Shown here one piece after another: positions 8,135 through 17,956 of a stretch of DNA of 58,665 nucleotides; positions within the stretch are counted from its first letter, which is position 1, and every line of letters begins with the position of its first letter. The translations under genes and the position numbers were made by a program. The stretch is from Kordiimonadaceae bacterium (GTDB taxonomy: Bacteria > Pseudomonadota > Alphaproteobacteria > Sphingomonadales > Kordiimonadaceae). The stretch lies in contig JASBSO010000208.1 in NCBI GenBank assembly GCA_030148905.1, positions 1 through 58,665 of the forward strand, read 5' to 3'. The notes beneath the pieces were generated by a model. It was not told the DNA's origin and searched no databases. It saw only the letters and a list, made by a program, of their open reading frames with translations.

Positions 8135-9776
8135 AAAGCGCCTCCTTAAAGGGTGCGGGACCAACCCGGCGGTAAGCCGCCAGGAAGTGTTCGTCCTCTT
8201 CGCGGATGTCGAGATAGACGGCGATCACCTGTTCGATTTTGTCGGCAATCTCGTCGGCACCAAAACCGGGGCCCAACAGCTCGGCTTTGGTGGCGTCTTC
8301 CTCGCCGCTGCCGCCCAGCAAAATTTGGTAATTTTCTACACCGCGCCGGTCGACACCCAAAATCCCGATATGTCCGGCATGGTGATGCCCGCAGCTGTTG
8401 ATGCAGCCCGAAATTTTAATCTTCAGCGGGCCGACGTCCTCGAGCCGGGTCAGGTCAGCAAACCGGTTGGACAGCTCTTGCGCCAGCGGGATCGAGCGCG
8501 CATTGGCCAGCGAGCAATAATCAAGCCCCGGGCAGGCAATGATGTCGGACACCAGCCCGGCATTGGCAAAACCAAGGCCCGCACCGTCCAGCGCGGTCCA
8601 CAGGTCGGCCAAATCACGCCACGCCACATGCGGCAGGATCAGGTTTTGCTCGTGGCTGACACGCACGTCGCCCTGGCTGTATTGGTCGGCCAGGTCGGCG
8701 ATCAGTTCCATTTGGCTGTCCGACGCGTCGCCCGGAATACCGCCTGCGGGCTTGAGCGAAATCGTCACCGCCACATGGCCCGGCACCTTGTGCGGGTGGG
8801 TGTTGTTTTTCAGCCAGGCCTTGAACATCACATTCTTTGCCGCCAGCGCGTCAACAGCGTCATCTTGCGCATCCAAAACCGGTAGGGCAGGCGGGGCAAA
8901 ATAGCTGCGAATGCGGGCAATTTCCTCGGCCGGAACGTCGATGGGCTGATCTTTCATCTTTTCCCATTCGGCTTCGGTCTGGCGGGCGAATTCGTCGGCA
9001 CCAATGGCATCAACCAGAATTTTGATCCGCGCCTTGTATTTGTTGTCGCGGTTGCCCTGTTCGTTATAGACGCGCAGAATGGCTTCCAGATAACTCAGCA
9101 AATACGGTTCGGGCAAAAAGTCGCGGATGGTTTTGGCGATGACCGGCGTGCGGCCCATGCCGCCGCCCACCAGCACCTCAAAGCCGGGTTCGCCCTCGGG
9201 CCCGCGCTTCATCACCAGGCCGATATCGTGCCATTTGACCGCCGCGCGGTCTTTTTCGGCCCCGGTGATGGCGATTTTGAACTTGCGCGGCAGAAAGCTG
9301 AACTCGGGGTGCAGGCTCGACCACTGGCGGATGATTTCGCCGTAAATGCGTGGGTCGTCGATTTCCTCGGCCGTGGCACCGGCAAACTGGTCGGTGGTCA
9401 CATTGCGGATACAGTTGCCCGAGGTTTGAATGGCGTGCATTTCCACGTCGGCCAGTTCCTGCAGAATGTCGGGCGTTTCCACCAGCTTGGGCCAGTTATA
9501 CTGGATGTTTTGCCGGGTGGTGAAATGGCCGTAGCCCTTGTCATAAACCCGCGCAATACGGGCCAGGCGGCGCAACTGGTCAGAGCTAAGCGTGCCATAT
9601 GGAATAGCCACGCGCAGCATATAGGCGTGCAGCTGTAGATACAGCCCGTTCATCAGCCGCAAGGGGCGAAATTCCTCTTCGGTCAGTTCGCCCTTTAGGC
9701 GGCGGTTGACCTGGTCGCGAAATTCGGCAACGCGCGCGCCAACAATTTCATGATCATATTCGTCATATTTATACAT
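8121..9776 (-). CDS. cysI: assimilatory sulfite reductase hemoprotein (nitrite/sulfite reductase family)
   Basis: 551 aa. Siroheme/4Fe-4S cysteine motifs CPGLDYCSLA and SGCINSCGHH. Confidence 0.9.
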   Translation of the reverse strand: MYKYDEYDHEIVGARVAEFRDQVNRRLKGELTEEEFRPLRLMNGLYLQLHAYMLRVAIPYGTLSSDQLRRLARIARVYDKGYGHFTTRQNIQYNWPKLVETPDILQELADVEMHAIQTSGNCIRNVTTDQFAGATAEEIDDPRIYGEIIRQWSSLHPEFSFLPRKFKIAITGAEKDRAAVKWHDIGLVMKRGPEGEPGFEVLVGGGMGRTPVIAKTIRDFLPEPYLLSYLEAILRVYNEQGNRDNKYKARIKILVDAIGADEFARQTEAEWEKMKDQPIDVPAEEIARIRSYFAPPALPVLDAQDDAVDALAAKNVMFKAWLKNNTHPHKVPGHVAVTISLKPAGGIPGDASDSQMELIADLADQYSQGDVRVSHEQNLILPHVAWRDLADLWTALDGAGLGFANAGLVSDIIACPGLDYCSLANARSIPLAQELSNRFADLTRLEDVGPLKIKISGCINSCGHHHAGHIGILGVDRRGVENYQILLGGSGEEDATKAELLGPGFGADEIADKIEQVIAVYLDIREEDEHFLAAYRRVGPAPFKEALYAAA

Positions 9777-9782
9777 GGTCGA

Positions 9783-10100
9783 CTATTCCCAATTCGTGCC
9801 GGTTTGATAGCCAAGGTCGGGGCGCACGGTTGGCCCCGTAGTTTGCATCAAGGGTTTCATATGCGCAGGCCGCGCCGGGTTGGTGCTGGTGTCGGCTTCG
9901 ATCGCTTCAACACTGACAACGTCATTGCTGCCTTCAAATTTCAGCGCCGCATCAAGTGCGTCGTCGATGGCATCTTCATTCGCCACCAATACGCGCGCCA
10001 GGTCGGGCGACCAGTCACCGTCCTCGGTGAAAAAGACCGCACGCCCATCGGCCAGCCGATTGGCGACGATCATCTGTGGACCTTTGAGTTTTTTTGCCAT
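9783..10100 (-). CDS. DUF2849 family protein
   Basis: Lies between cysG and cysI, as is typical. ATG at 10100 is preceded by SD AGAGGAA. The TTG at 10121 in the ORF track is less likely. Confidence 0.65.
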   Translation of the reverse strand: MAKKLKGPQMIVANRLADGRAVFFTEDGDWSPDLARVLVANEDAIDDALDAALKFEGSNDVVSVEAIEADTSTNPARPAHMKPLMQTTGPTVRPDLGYQTGTNWE

Positions 10101-10117
10101 GGTTCCTCTCTTCAGGG

Positions 10118-11533
10118 TCAAGCGCTCAGGGCGCGGGCAAGTTCATCAAATCGTTCTTGCGGCCAGTCGCGGGCCGTGCGTACGACGTCGCCGATCAGCA
10201 GCAAGGCCGGGCTGATCACGCTGTGCTCGGTGATCAACTGCGGCAGCGTGGCCAGTGTGCCGTAAAAGCGGCGCTCTTCGGGGCGGGTGCCATTTTCAAT
10301 GACCGCGACCGGCGTGTGGGCGGCAACACCGTGGTGGATCAGCCCCGCGCTGATTTTCGGCGCGGTTTTAATCCCCATATACACAGCAAGCGTTTGACCA
10401 TCGCCCGACAGGCGTGCCCAGTCGCTGAAATCGCCGTGCTGGCAGTGCCCAGTCACCAATGTCAGCGACGACGACCATTGGCGGTCGGTCAGCGGAATTT
10501 GGGCGGCGGCGGCAATACCGGTGAGCGCGGTGATGCCGGGCACAACTTCGGTATCGATCCCGGCACCTCTGAGCGCGGCAAGCTCTTCGCCGGCGCGCGC
10601 AAACATCAACGGGTCGCCCGATTTCAGGCGCACAACACGCAGGCCCTCGCGGGCGTGCTCGATCATCAGGGCGTGAATACGCGGCTGGCCCTTGCCGTGC
10701 TGGCCTTCTTTTTTGCCGACATACACAAGCTTGGCGTCGCGGCGGGCGAGGCTCAGGACGTCTTTGCTCACCAGCCGGTCATACAGTACCACATCGGCCT
10801 GCTGCAGGGCGCGGTGGGCGCGCATGGTCAAGAGGTCCGGGTCGCCCGGGCCCGCACCCACAAGCTGAACCAGCCCCTTGCCGCCGGTGTCGGCGGTGCG
10901 GGCAAGATGTTCGATCTCGCTTTGTGCCGTGTCGGCATCGAGCCCGGCGAACCGGTCCGCCTGATCAAAAAGACTGTCCCAAAACTGTCGGCGCGCGGTG
11001 GCGTCAGGCAGGGCCGTTTTAACGGCGGCTTTTGCTTTTCCGGCGGCGCTCGCCAGCGTGCCGAGCGCGGGTGGAACCGCCTGCTCCAAAAGGGCGCGCA
11101 AGCGGCGCACAAACACCGGCGCCACTCCGCCCGAGGAAAAGGCAACCTGCAATGGTCCGCGGGTAAACTGCGCGGGCGTGATAAAGGTACCCAGCGCAGG
11201 GCGGTCAACGATGTTAACCGGAATGCCGCGTGCCGCTGCAGCACCTGCAATGGCGCGCTCGGCCGCATCGTCGTCCAGCGAGGCATAAACGAGGCTGATC
11301 TCGTCCAAGTCGCGGGCGGTAAAATCGCGGTCATGTACAACGGCGACCGAAGGGGCCAGGCGCTCAGACGTGAGGCCTGCGTCTTCAAGTGCTTCCGCCA
11401 TGCCGGAGCCGACAAGCCGTAGGCGCATGCCATAAGGCGCAACCAGTGCAAGCTTGGCCATGCTGGCCTCGCCCGTGCCAACAATCAGCACATGCGCGCG
11501 CTCGGCATTCAGAAAAATCGGCAAAGCTGCCAT
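10118..11533 (-). CDS. cysG: siroheme synthase (uroporphyrinogen-III methyltransferase / precorrin-2 dehydrogenase / ferrochelatase)
   Basis: 471 aa. N-terminal Rossmann fold (VLIVGTGEA) and a C-terminal SUMT domain (VGAGPGDPDLLT). Confidence 0.9.
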   Translation of the reverse strand: MAALPIFLNAERAHVLIVGTGEASMAKLALVAPYGMRLRLVGSGMAEALEDAGLTSERLAPSVAVVHDRDFTARDLDEISLVYASLDDDAAERAIAGAAAARGIPVNIVDRPALGTFITPAQFTRGPLQVAFSSGGVAPVFVRRLRALLEQAVPPALGTLASAAGKAKAAVKTALPDATARRQFWDSLFDQADRFAGLDADTAQSEIEHLARTADTGGKGLVQLVGAGPGDPDLLTMRAHRALQQADVVLYDRLVSKDVLSLARRDAKLVYVGKKEGQHGKGQPRIHALMIEHAREGLRVVRLKSGDPLMFARAGEELAALRGAGIDTEVVPGITALTGIAAAAQIPLTDRQWSSSLTLVTGHCQHGDFSDWARLSGDGQTLAVYMGIKTAPKISAGLIHHGVAAHTPVAVIENGTRPEERRFYGTLATLPQLITEHSVISPALLLIGDVVRTARDWPQERFDELARALSA

Positions 11534-11639
11534 AACGCACTACCCTCAGCGTTACCCGTGAATGATTAGAATTTCTTGGCCGGGAAGCCTGGGGCTAAAC
11601 CCCAGCGCCATCGGGTCATTTGAAAAGCAATTTTTGCCT

Positions 11640-11800
11640 TCATTCGCCCGATGCGCATTAGAAAAATATTCGCATTACTTAAAATTTCAAGCCCATTTTC
11701 AGAACATGAATTTCAAAAAAATGAAATATTAAAAATATATTCCTAATTTTTTTCTATAATTGAAAAATCAACCTATCGAAGGTGGCTTCCTCAGAAAGTC
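11640..11800 (-). promoter_or_regulatory. AT-rich upstream region of the cys operon (probable promoter/regulator-binding region)
   Basis: About 160 bp of very AT-rich DNA in a GC-rich genome, 110-270 bp upstream of cysG. Repeated CGCATTA at 11654 and 11671. Confidence 0.35.
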
Positions 11801-11917
11801 AGCAGAAGGCGATCACGAAATTCTGTTCACCCGGATAAGCAAAATTATCCCGAGCACCAGCCGAGCTATGGTGCAATCCCACCCCGGCAGGCGAATCATG
11901 AGCGCATGGTGCGCGAC

Positions 11918-14056
11918 TTAGTCGCTGAGCTTCTGTAGGGCGTACACAACCTGCAGGGCGTCGGTAAAGGCGCGCTGTTTGAGGTTGGCTGCCGCTGCGT
12001 GCCCGCCTTCGGTGATCTCATAATATAAAAGATCGTGGCCTTGTTCGCGCATGCGCGCAGCCATCTTGCGGGCATGGCCCGGATGCACCCGGTCATCCTT
12101 GGTGGAGGTGTAGAAAAACACCTCGGGATAATCGGTGTCCGGCGATACATTTTGATAGGGCGAATAGGCTGAGATAAACGCCCAGTCATCGGGGTTGTCC
12201 GGATCGCCGTACTCGCCCACCCAGCTTGCACCCGCCAACAGCTTGTCATAGCGGTACATATCGAGAAGCGGCACGGCGCAGATGATTGCGCCAAACAGGT
12301 CCGGCCGCTGGGTCAGCATCGCCCCCATCAGCAGGCCGCCGTTTGAGCCACCGCGAATGCCCAGCTTTTGGGGTGTGGTCAGGCCGCGTGCGATCAGGTC
12401 TTCGGCCACGGCGATAAAGTCGTCATAGGCGCGCTGGCGGTTTTCGCGTAGGGCCGCCTGGTGCCATGTGGGGCCATATTCGCCGCCACCGCGGATGTTG
12501 GCGACAACATAAGCACCGCCCTCCTGCACCCAAAGCCGCGCAAACCCGGTCAGATAGCTGGGGGTCAGCGAAATTTCAAACCCGCCATACCCATAGAGCA
12601 TGGTGGGTGTTGTGCCATCTGTCGGCGTCCCCTCGCGGCGCACCACAAAATAGGGCACGCGAGTGCCGTCTTTCGACGCGGCGAAATGCTGTTCGGTGAT
12701 CAGGCCGTCTGTATCAAAGCGCGCAGGCAGGCTGGCGATCTGTTGCACATGTCTGTCCTCAAAACCGTAAAGCGTGTCGGGGGTCAGGTGGCTCTCATAA
12801 TTCATCAGGGCACGGTCAGACCATGTGTCAACGCTGATCGTGGTGATCGCACCGTCCGCGGGCAGGTCAACCGGGTTGACCGTATAAGTGCCGTCAGGAT
12901 CCTTGCGCATGGTGTGGACCGTGCTTTTCACATCGGCCAATTCGGTGATGAAAATATGCCTCTCGCCGATGTCGACGCTTTCAATACTGCGCCCCTCGGC
13001 AGACGGTGAGTGGACATGCAGGCCTTCTGTCGGCTGGCCCGCCAGCGCCGCCGGGATATTGACAAAGGCAATCGTCCCTGCGGCGATCAAGCCGCCGTCA
13101 GGGGTCTGCCAGTCCTTGCGCATCAACAGCACAAGCGCGTCACCCATAATGCCCTGAAAGGCGATTCCGCGCGGCAGGTCAAGTTCCACCAGTTCGCCCG
13201 CGTCATTCATCAGATGCAGCACTTGGGTGAAAAAGTCCGGCCCTTGCAGCACGCCGATATAGGTGCCGTCTTTACGGTGTGACGCGATCGGGAAATTGAA
13301 GACGATTTTGGGGTCGGAGTCCAAAACCAGTTCGGCGTCGGCGAGCGGTGTGCCGCGCCGCCACAGGCGGACCTGCCGGGCATAGCCGGACTCGTTCATG
13401 GTGCCTTCGCCAAAGTCGGTGGCGATCAGCAGCGTATCCGCGTCAACCCATGCGACATTTTGCTTGGTCTCGGGGCTGACAAAACCGCCCTCGACGAAGC
13501 CTTTGGTCGCGGTGTCAAATTCGCGCACCACCACGGCGTCACCGCCGCCGCGCGACAGGCGAATCAGGCAGCGACTGAAGTCGGGTGCCAGACAGTCGCG
13601 GCCTTTATAGACCCAGTTTTCGCCCTCGGCCTCCGACAGCGCGTCATAATCCAACACTGTCTCCCAGCTCGGCGTGCCCGACGCATAGCTGGCATAATCT
13701 GTTGTCCGCCAGAGGCCGCGCACATTGTCCTCGTCCTGCCAGAAATTGTGGACGGTGCCGCCTTCAAGGCTGCCATAGGCAATTTTGTCGGTGGCGTTGT
13801 AGACGGCAAGCGCATCGTCTTTCAGGGCTGCAAAGCGCGGGTCGCCTTCAAGGCGGGCGAGCGAGTCCTTGTTTTGCGCGTCCACCCATTCAAGGGCGCG
13901 GTCGCCTTCAACCTCTTCCAGCCAGAGATAGGGGTCGGTGTTTGGGTCGATGAGCGGGGTCTCGCGCACGGCGGTGTCCTTGGTTTCGGGCGTGTCGGCG
14001 TCGCCGCATGCACAGAGAGCAAGCACGGCAGCGAGGCCAATATATTTGATGGTCAT
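11918..14056 (-). CDS. prolyl oligopeptidase (S9A) family serine peptidase, lipoprotein
   Basis: 712 aa. GGSNGG nucleophile motif and a lipobox-like signal (AAVLALCAC). Confidence 0.9.
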   Translation of the reverse strand: MTIKYIGLAAVLALCACGDADTPETKDTAVRETPLIDPNTDPYLWLEEVEGDRALEWVDAQNKDSLARLEGDPRFAALKDDALAVYNATDKIAYGSLEGGTVHNFWQDEDNVRGLWRTTDYASYASGTPSWETVLDYDALSEAEGENWVYKGRDCLAPDFSRCLIRLSRGGGDAVVVREFDTATKGFVEGGFVSPETKQNVAWVDADTLLIATDFGEGTMNESGYARQVRLWRRGTPLADAELVLDSDPKIVFNFPIASHRKDGTYIGVLQGPDFFTQVLHLMNDAGELVELDLPRGIAFQGIMGDALVLLMRKDWQTPDGGLIAAGTIAFVNIPAALAGQPTEGLHVHSPSAEGRSIESVDIGERHIFITELADVKSTVHTMRKDPDGTYTVNPVDLPADGAITTISVDTWSDRALMNYESHLTPDTLYGFEDRHVQQIASLPARFDTDGLITEQHFAASKDGTRVPYFVVRREGTPTDGTTPTMLYGYGGFEISLTPSYLTGFARLWVQEGGAYVVANIRGGGEYGPTWHQAALRENRQRAYDDFIAVAEDLIARGLTTPQKLGIRGGSNGGLLMGAMLTQRPDLFGAIICAVPLLDMYRYDKLLAGASWVGEYGDPDNPDDWAFISAYSPYQNVSPDTDYPEVFFYTSTKDDRVHPGHARKMAARMREQGHDLLYYEITEGGHAAAANLKQRAFTDALQVVYALQKLSD

Positions 14057-14095
14057 TGAACGGCTCCCCCATTGTATGGCCGGGGTGCCCCAGCC

Positions 14096-14860
14096 TTAAA
14101 AATTGTCTTTACGTTGCCGTGTTTCGGCAAAAACCGCAACCGGGTCTGCGCCGACCATATCGAGTGATGCCTGCAAGCCGGGGCTGTCTGGGCGCAGGAA
14201 GGGATTGGTGCGTTTTTCAAGCGCGATGGTCGTGGGGATGGTGGGCTTGCCCTCGGCGCGCAGGGCCTTGACCTCGTCCATCCGGGTAATCAGGTCGGGA
14301 TTGTCCGGCTCGACGCTCAGGGCAAATTTGCCGTTCGTGGTGGTGTATTCGTGCGCACAGTACACAGACGTGTCACCGTCAAGCACCATCAGTTTTTGCA
14401 AGGAGGCCCACATCTGGGCGGGTGTACCCTCAAACAGCCGCCCGCAACCCATGGCAAATAGGGTATCGCCGCAAAACAGTGCCCGGTCATCCGCGAAATG
14501 ATAGGCGATATGGCCCGAGGTATGCCCCGGCACGTCGAAGACCGCCGCTTTGACCGCGCCCAACATCACGACGTCACCCTCGCTGACGGGGCGGTCAATC
14601 CCTGGAATGCGTTCGGCCTCTGCTTTGGGACCGGTAATGTGGAGACCGTAATGGTCTTTCAGCGCCAGATTGGCGCCCGTATGGTCCCAGTGGTGGTGGG
14701 TGTTGAAAATGTGGGTGAGCCGCCAGCCGCGCGCCTCGCAGGCGTCAATCACCGGTGCGTCCACGGCGGGGTCAACAATGGCGGTTTCACCCGACGTCGG
14801 CTCGTGAATAAGATAGAGATAATTGTCTTGCAAAACGGGCAGTTGAACAATCTCGATCAT
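14096..14860 (-). CDS. gloB: hydroxyacylglutathione hydrolase (glyoxalase II)
   Basis: 254 aa. THHHWDH metallo-beta-lactamase motif and the typical GloB N-terminus (VLQDNYLYL). Confidence 0.9.
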   Translation of the reverse strand: MIEIVQLPVLQDNYLYLIHEPTSGETAIVDPAVDAPVIDACEARGWRLTHIFNTHHHWDHTGANLALKDHYGLHITGPKAEAERIPGIDRPVSEGDVVMLGAVKAAVFDVPGHTSGHIAYHFADDRALFCGDTLFAMGCGRLFEGTPAQMWASLQKLMVLDGDTSVYCAHEYTTTNGKFALSVEPDNPDLITRMDEVKALRAEGKPTIPTTIALEKRTNPFLRPDSPGLQASLDMVGADPVAVFAETRQRKDNF

Positions 14861-14863
14861 GGC

Positions 14864-15286
14864 TTACTCGCTGTGGCTCAGTTTGACAGATCCGTCCTCG
14901 GGCACCGATGCGCCAACGGGTAGCGTACGGTAAAAACAGCGCGCATGCCCAACGTGGCAGCAGCCGTCGCCCGCCTGTTTGACGATCAGCAACAGGCTGT
15001 CCTGGTCGCAGTCTATGCGTGCCTCGACAACGGTTTGTACTTGGCCCGAGGTTGCACCCTTGTGCCACAGTTCCTGCCTGGAGCGGCTGTAATAATGTGC
15101 CTCGCCGGTCTCCAGCGTGGCACTGAGCGCGTCCAAATTCATCCAGGCCTGCATCAGCACGTGGCCCGTGTCGGCGCACTGGGTGGTCACAGGAAACAGA
15201 CCGTCCGCATTGGTGCGGACGGCGAGCGTGTCTCCGGTTTCAACAAAGGCGCGGTCATCCCGCGCGGCGGGACGGATGCGGTTCAT
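14864..15286 (-). CDS. hisI: phosphoribosyl-AMP cyclohydrolase
   Basis: 140 aa. YYSRSRQELWHKG.TSG...IDCDQD pattern. Confidence 0.9.
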   Translation of the reverse strand: MNRIRPAARDDRAFVETGDTLAVRTNADGLFPVTTQCADTGHVLMQAWMNLDALSATLETGEAHYYSRSRQELWHKGATSGQVQTVVEARIDCDQDSLLLIVKQAGDGCCHVGHARCFYRTLPVGASVPEDGSVKLSHSE

Positions 15287-15291
15287 GGGCG

Positions 15292-15936
15292 TCAGCCTTG
15301 CGGTCGGTCAGCGCGGACCATGTCCCAAAACTGGCGCTCGCGCTCGGCGTTTTTAAATTCGCCGCGGAATTGCCGCGTCCAGGTGTGGACATTTTGGTGG
15401 CGCACGCCGCGGCAGCCCATGCAGTCATGCACCGCGTCAACAACAACGGCCACACCGCGCGCACCCAGATGCGCCTCGATCGCGTCGGCGATTTGTGCGG
15501 TCATGGTTTCCTGCGTTTGCAGGCGGCGCGAAAAGGCGTCAACAAGGCGTGCCAGCTTCGACAGGCCAACAACCCGGCCATTTGGCAGATAGGCGACATG
15601 CGCCACCCCGCGAATAGCCACCATGTGATGCTCGCAGTGGCTGTCAACCCGAATGCCGGTCAGCAGCACCATGTCGTCATAGCCTTCAACCTCTTCAAAG
15701 GTTTTGGCCAAAATCTCGGCCGGATCAGCGCCGTAGCCCGAGAAAAATTCTTCATAGGCTTTGACAACGCGCGCCGGTGTATCCAGAAGGCCTTCGCGCG
15801 CCGGGTCATCGCCTGCCCATTCGATCAATGTGCGGACGGCGGCTTCGGCCTCCTCGCGGGTGGGGCGGTGCGCCGTCGTATCGACATACGCCTTCAGTTC
15901 AGGGCCTTGTTCGACCCTTTCAAGTACGGCAGTCAT
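15292..15936 (-). CDS. folE: GTP cyclohydrolase I
   Basis: 214 aa. SHCEHHM and HDCM motifs. Confidence 0.9.
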   Translation of the reverse strand: MTAVLERVEQGPELKAYVDTTAHRPTREEAEAAVRTLIEWAGDDPAREGLLDTPARVVKAYEEFFSGYGADPAEILAKTFEEVEGYDDMVLLTGIRVDSHCEHHMVAIRGVAHVAYLPNGRVVGLSKLARLVDAFSRRLQTQETMTAQIADAIEAHLGARGVAVVVDAVHDCMGCRGVRHQNVHTWTRQFRGEFKNAERERQFWDMVRADRPQG

Positions 15937-16146
15937 GGGGAATCCTTTCTGATATGGCTCAATTTTTTTGGTCGGGGGGAGCCGTTACCCGTTTCTTCTA
16001 TACGGACCCGTCCCTGTTTTGGATGCCCCAGAACAGGCATCTTATTGTGGATCCACCACTAAAGATAAGCTGCATGGGTCCTGCCTTCAACCGACGAGTT
16101 TGTGAAGTCCTTGCGCTTGGGCGCGGCACTCTCTATCTGATGGGCC

Positions 16147-16569
16147 ATGAGCGAAGCCCTATATTCCACACCGATTTTACGCCTTGCGGCGACCATCCCG
16201 CATATTGGGCTGATCGACGGTGTGCGCTTTCGGGTGCAGAAAACCAGCCGGATTTGCGGCAGTCGCCTGACGGTTAGCGTCGACCTCGATGCCTCCGGCC
16301 GGGTGACGGCGTTTGGTCAGGAGGTGAAGGCTTGCGCGCTGGGTCAGGCATCGGCGTCGCTGATGGGCCAGCAGGTCCTCGGCCTAGACCGGGCAAGCTT
16401 TGAAGCGGCCGAGGCCGCCATGCGGGCGATGATCGCCGGTGAGGCGTATCATTTCCCTGCCGGGTTCGCTGAGTTTGCGATATTGGAGCCGGTCAAGGAT
16501 CACAAGGCCCGCCACGGCAGTGTGATGCTGCCCTTTGAGTGTTTGGCCGAGGTGTTCAGCCAGCGCTGA
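16147..16569 (+). CDS. NifU/IscU-like iron-sulfur cluster scaffold family protein
   Basis: 140 aa. SRICGS...KACALGQAS...HK pattern resembling the IscU N-terminal domain. Confidence 0.6.
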   Translation: MSEALYSTPILRLAATIPHIGLIDGVRFRVQKTSRICGSRLTVSVDLDASGRVTAFGQEVKACALGQASASLMGQQVLGLDRASFEAAEAAMRAMIAGEAYHFPAGFAEFAILEPVKDHKARHGSVMLPFECLAEVFSQR

Positions 16570-17956
16570 GCGCCGCGCGCATTTGGGCAATATCTTCCAA
16601 CTTGGCGTTAAGGGCGGACCAATCGTCACGCTCGGCAATCGCGGCCCAGATGCGCTCGACCTCATCGATTGCCATGGTGCACGGCTCACCCGCGAAATAG
16701 GGATGATCGGCGGCATTTTCTGCGGTGGGTGCGTAAGGCCTGAGGGTTGCCAAGAGTGCGTCCGACGCCCGGTATCTGTCGCCCTCGGGCCCCGACAGCG
16801 CACGCGCCTCGCTTGCACCGCCGCCGTACCAGTCGAAGTAGAACCGCTCAAACGGAAAGTCGTGGTCCACCAGAAAGCGGTTGACGCTTGCCGTCAGGTC
16901 CGCGTCTGCCCCAGCTCCGCGCGACCGAATGCCAAGGCGACACAGCATGGCGCGCTGTTCAGCGGCGCGAAACCGGTCGAGCCAGTCCGACAGCACGTCG
17001 CGCAAGGGCTCTTCGCCGGCGATGTCCACCAGCGCGCCGCCCAGCTGAAACAGGTCCCAGTGGATCGCTTCGGCCTGACGACCGTAGGCATAAAGCCCGG
17101 TTTCATCGAAATAGGCAGCGACATGGCGCAGGTCCATATTGGTCAGGAACCGCCACGGGCCAAAGTCAAAAATCTCGCCGGTGACATTGATATTGTCCGA
17201 ATTCAATACCCCGTGCACAAACCCGGCCGACAGCAGGTCGGCGGCATTTTGCGCGGTGGTGTCGGCGACCTTGTCCAGCAGCGCGCACGCGCGGTCCGCC
17301 GCCGTGCCCGCTGGCACCGTGTTGAAATAGGTGCTCAGCACATAATCGGTCAGCTTTTCCAGCTTCTCGGTATCGCCGAAATAGGCATGGCGCTGAAAGG
17401 TGCCAATGCGGATGTGCCCGTGGGTCAGCCGCACCATGACCGATGACCGGGTGGGGGACGGCTCGTCCCCGCGCATCAGCGCCTCACCCGTTTCAATCAG
17501 CGAAAAGGTTTTGGAGGTGTTGACGCCGATGGCCTCCAGCATTTCGGTCGCCAAAATTTCCCGCACGCCGCCCTTCAGCGTCAGCCGCCCATCGCCCGAA
17601 CGCGAATAGGGCGTTGTCCCCGATCCCTTGGTGCCTAGGTCCATGAGGCGACCGCGATCGTCGCGCATCTGCGCAAACAGAAATCCGCGCCCGTCGCCGA
17701 TGTCGGGATTATAGTGGCGGAACTGATGCCCGTGATAACGCTGCGCCAGCGGCTCTGGCAAATTGTCCGGTAGCGCCTCAAACCGGCCGAAATGGCGCAC
17801 CCAGTCGTCGTCGCTCAGATGGTCAAGGCCTACCGAGCGCGCCGCGCGGTCGTTGCGGTAGCGCAGCACCGTTTTGGGAAAGTCAGCCGCAGAAACCGGG
17901 TCGGCAAAGCCATCGCCGAGCGTCAGGAATTTTGGGTCGGGCTGGTATTTGGTCAC
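16556..17956 (-). CDS. selO: protein adenylyltransferase SelO (YdiU/UPF0061 family)
   Basis: Long YdiU-like sequence (GDGR, VLNSDN). GTG at 17956 overlaps the TGA of the upstream nitroreductase gene (GTGA). The ATG at 17983 in the ORF track is the alternative start. Confidence 0.85.
   Translation of the reverse strand: MTKYQPDPKFLTLGDGFADPVSAADFPKTVLRYRNDRAARSVGLDHLSDDDWVRHFGRFEALPDNLPEPLAQRYHGHQFRHYNPDIGDGRGFLFAQMRDDRGRLMDLGTKGSGTTPYSRSGDGRLTLKGGVREILATEMLEAIGVNTSKTFSLIETGEALMRGDEPSPTRSSVMVRLTHGHIRIGTFQRHAYFGDTEKLEKLTDYVLSTYFNTVPAGTAADRACALLDKVADTTAQNAADLLSAGFVHGVLNSDNINVTGEIFDFGPWRFLTNMDLRHVAAYFDETGLYAYGRQAEAIHWDLFQLGGALVDIAGEEPLRDVLSDWLDRFRAAEQRAMLCRLGIRSRGAGADADLTASVNRFLVDHDFPFERFYFDWYGGGASEARALSGPEGDRYRASDALLATLRPYAPTAENAADHPYFAGEPCTMAIDEVERIWAAIAERDDWSALNAKLEDIAQMRAALSAG

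Noticed and set aside
15937-16060. Possible THF-II (folE-motif) riboswitch in the folE leader. On the minus strand two mutually exclusive hairpins can form (gatgcc...ggcatc versus cctgtt...aacagg, around 16011-16041).
   Set aside because: I cannot reproduce the family consensus from memory, and I see no pairing that would sequester the folE SD. The hairpins are short (6 bp). An Infernal scan with the folE/THF-II model would settle it; I do not claim it.
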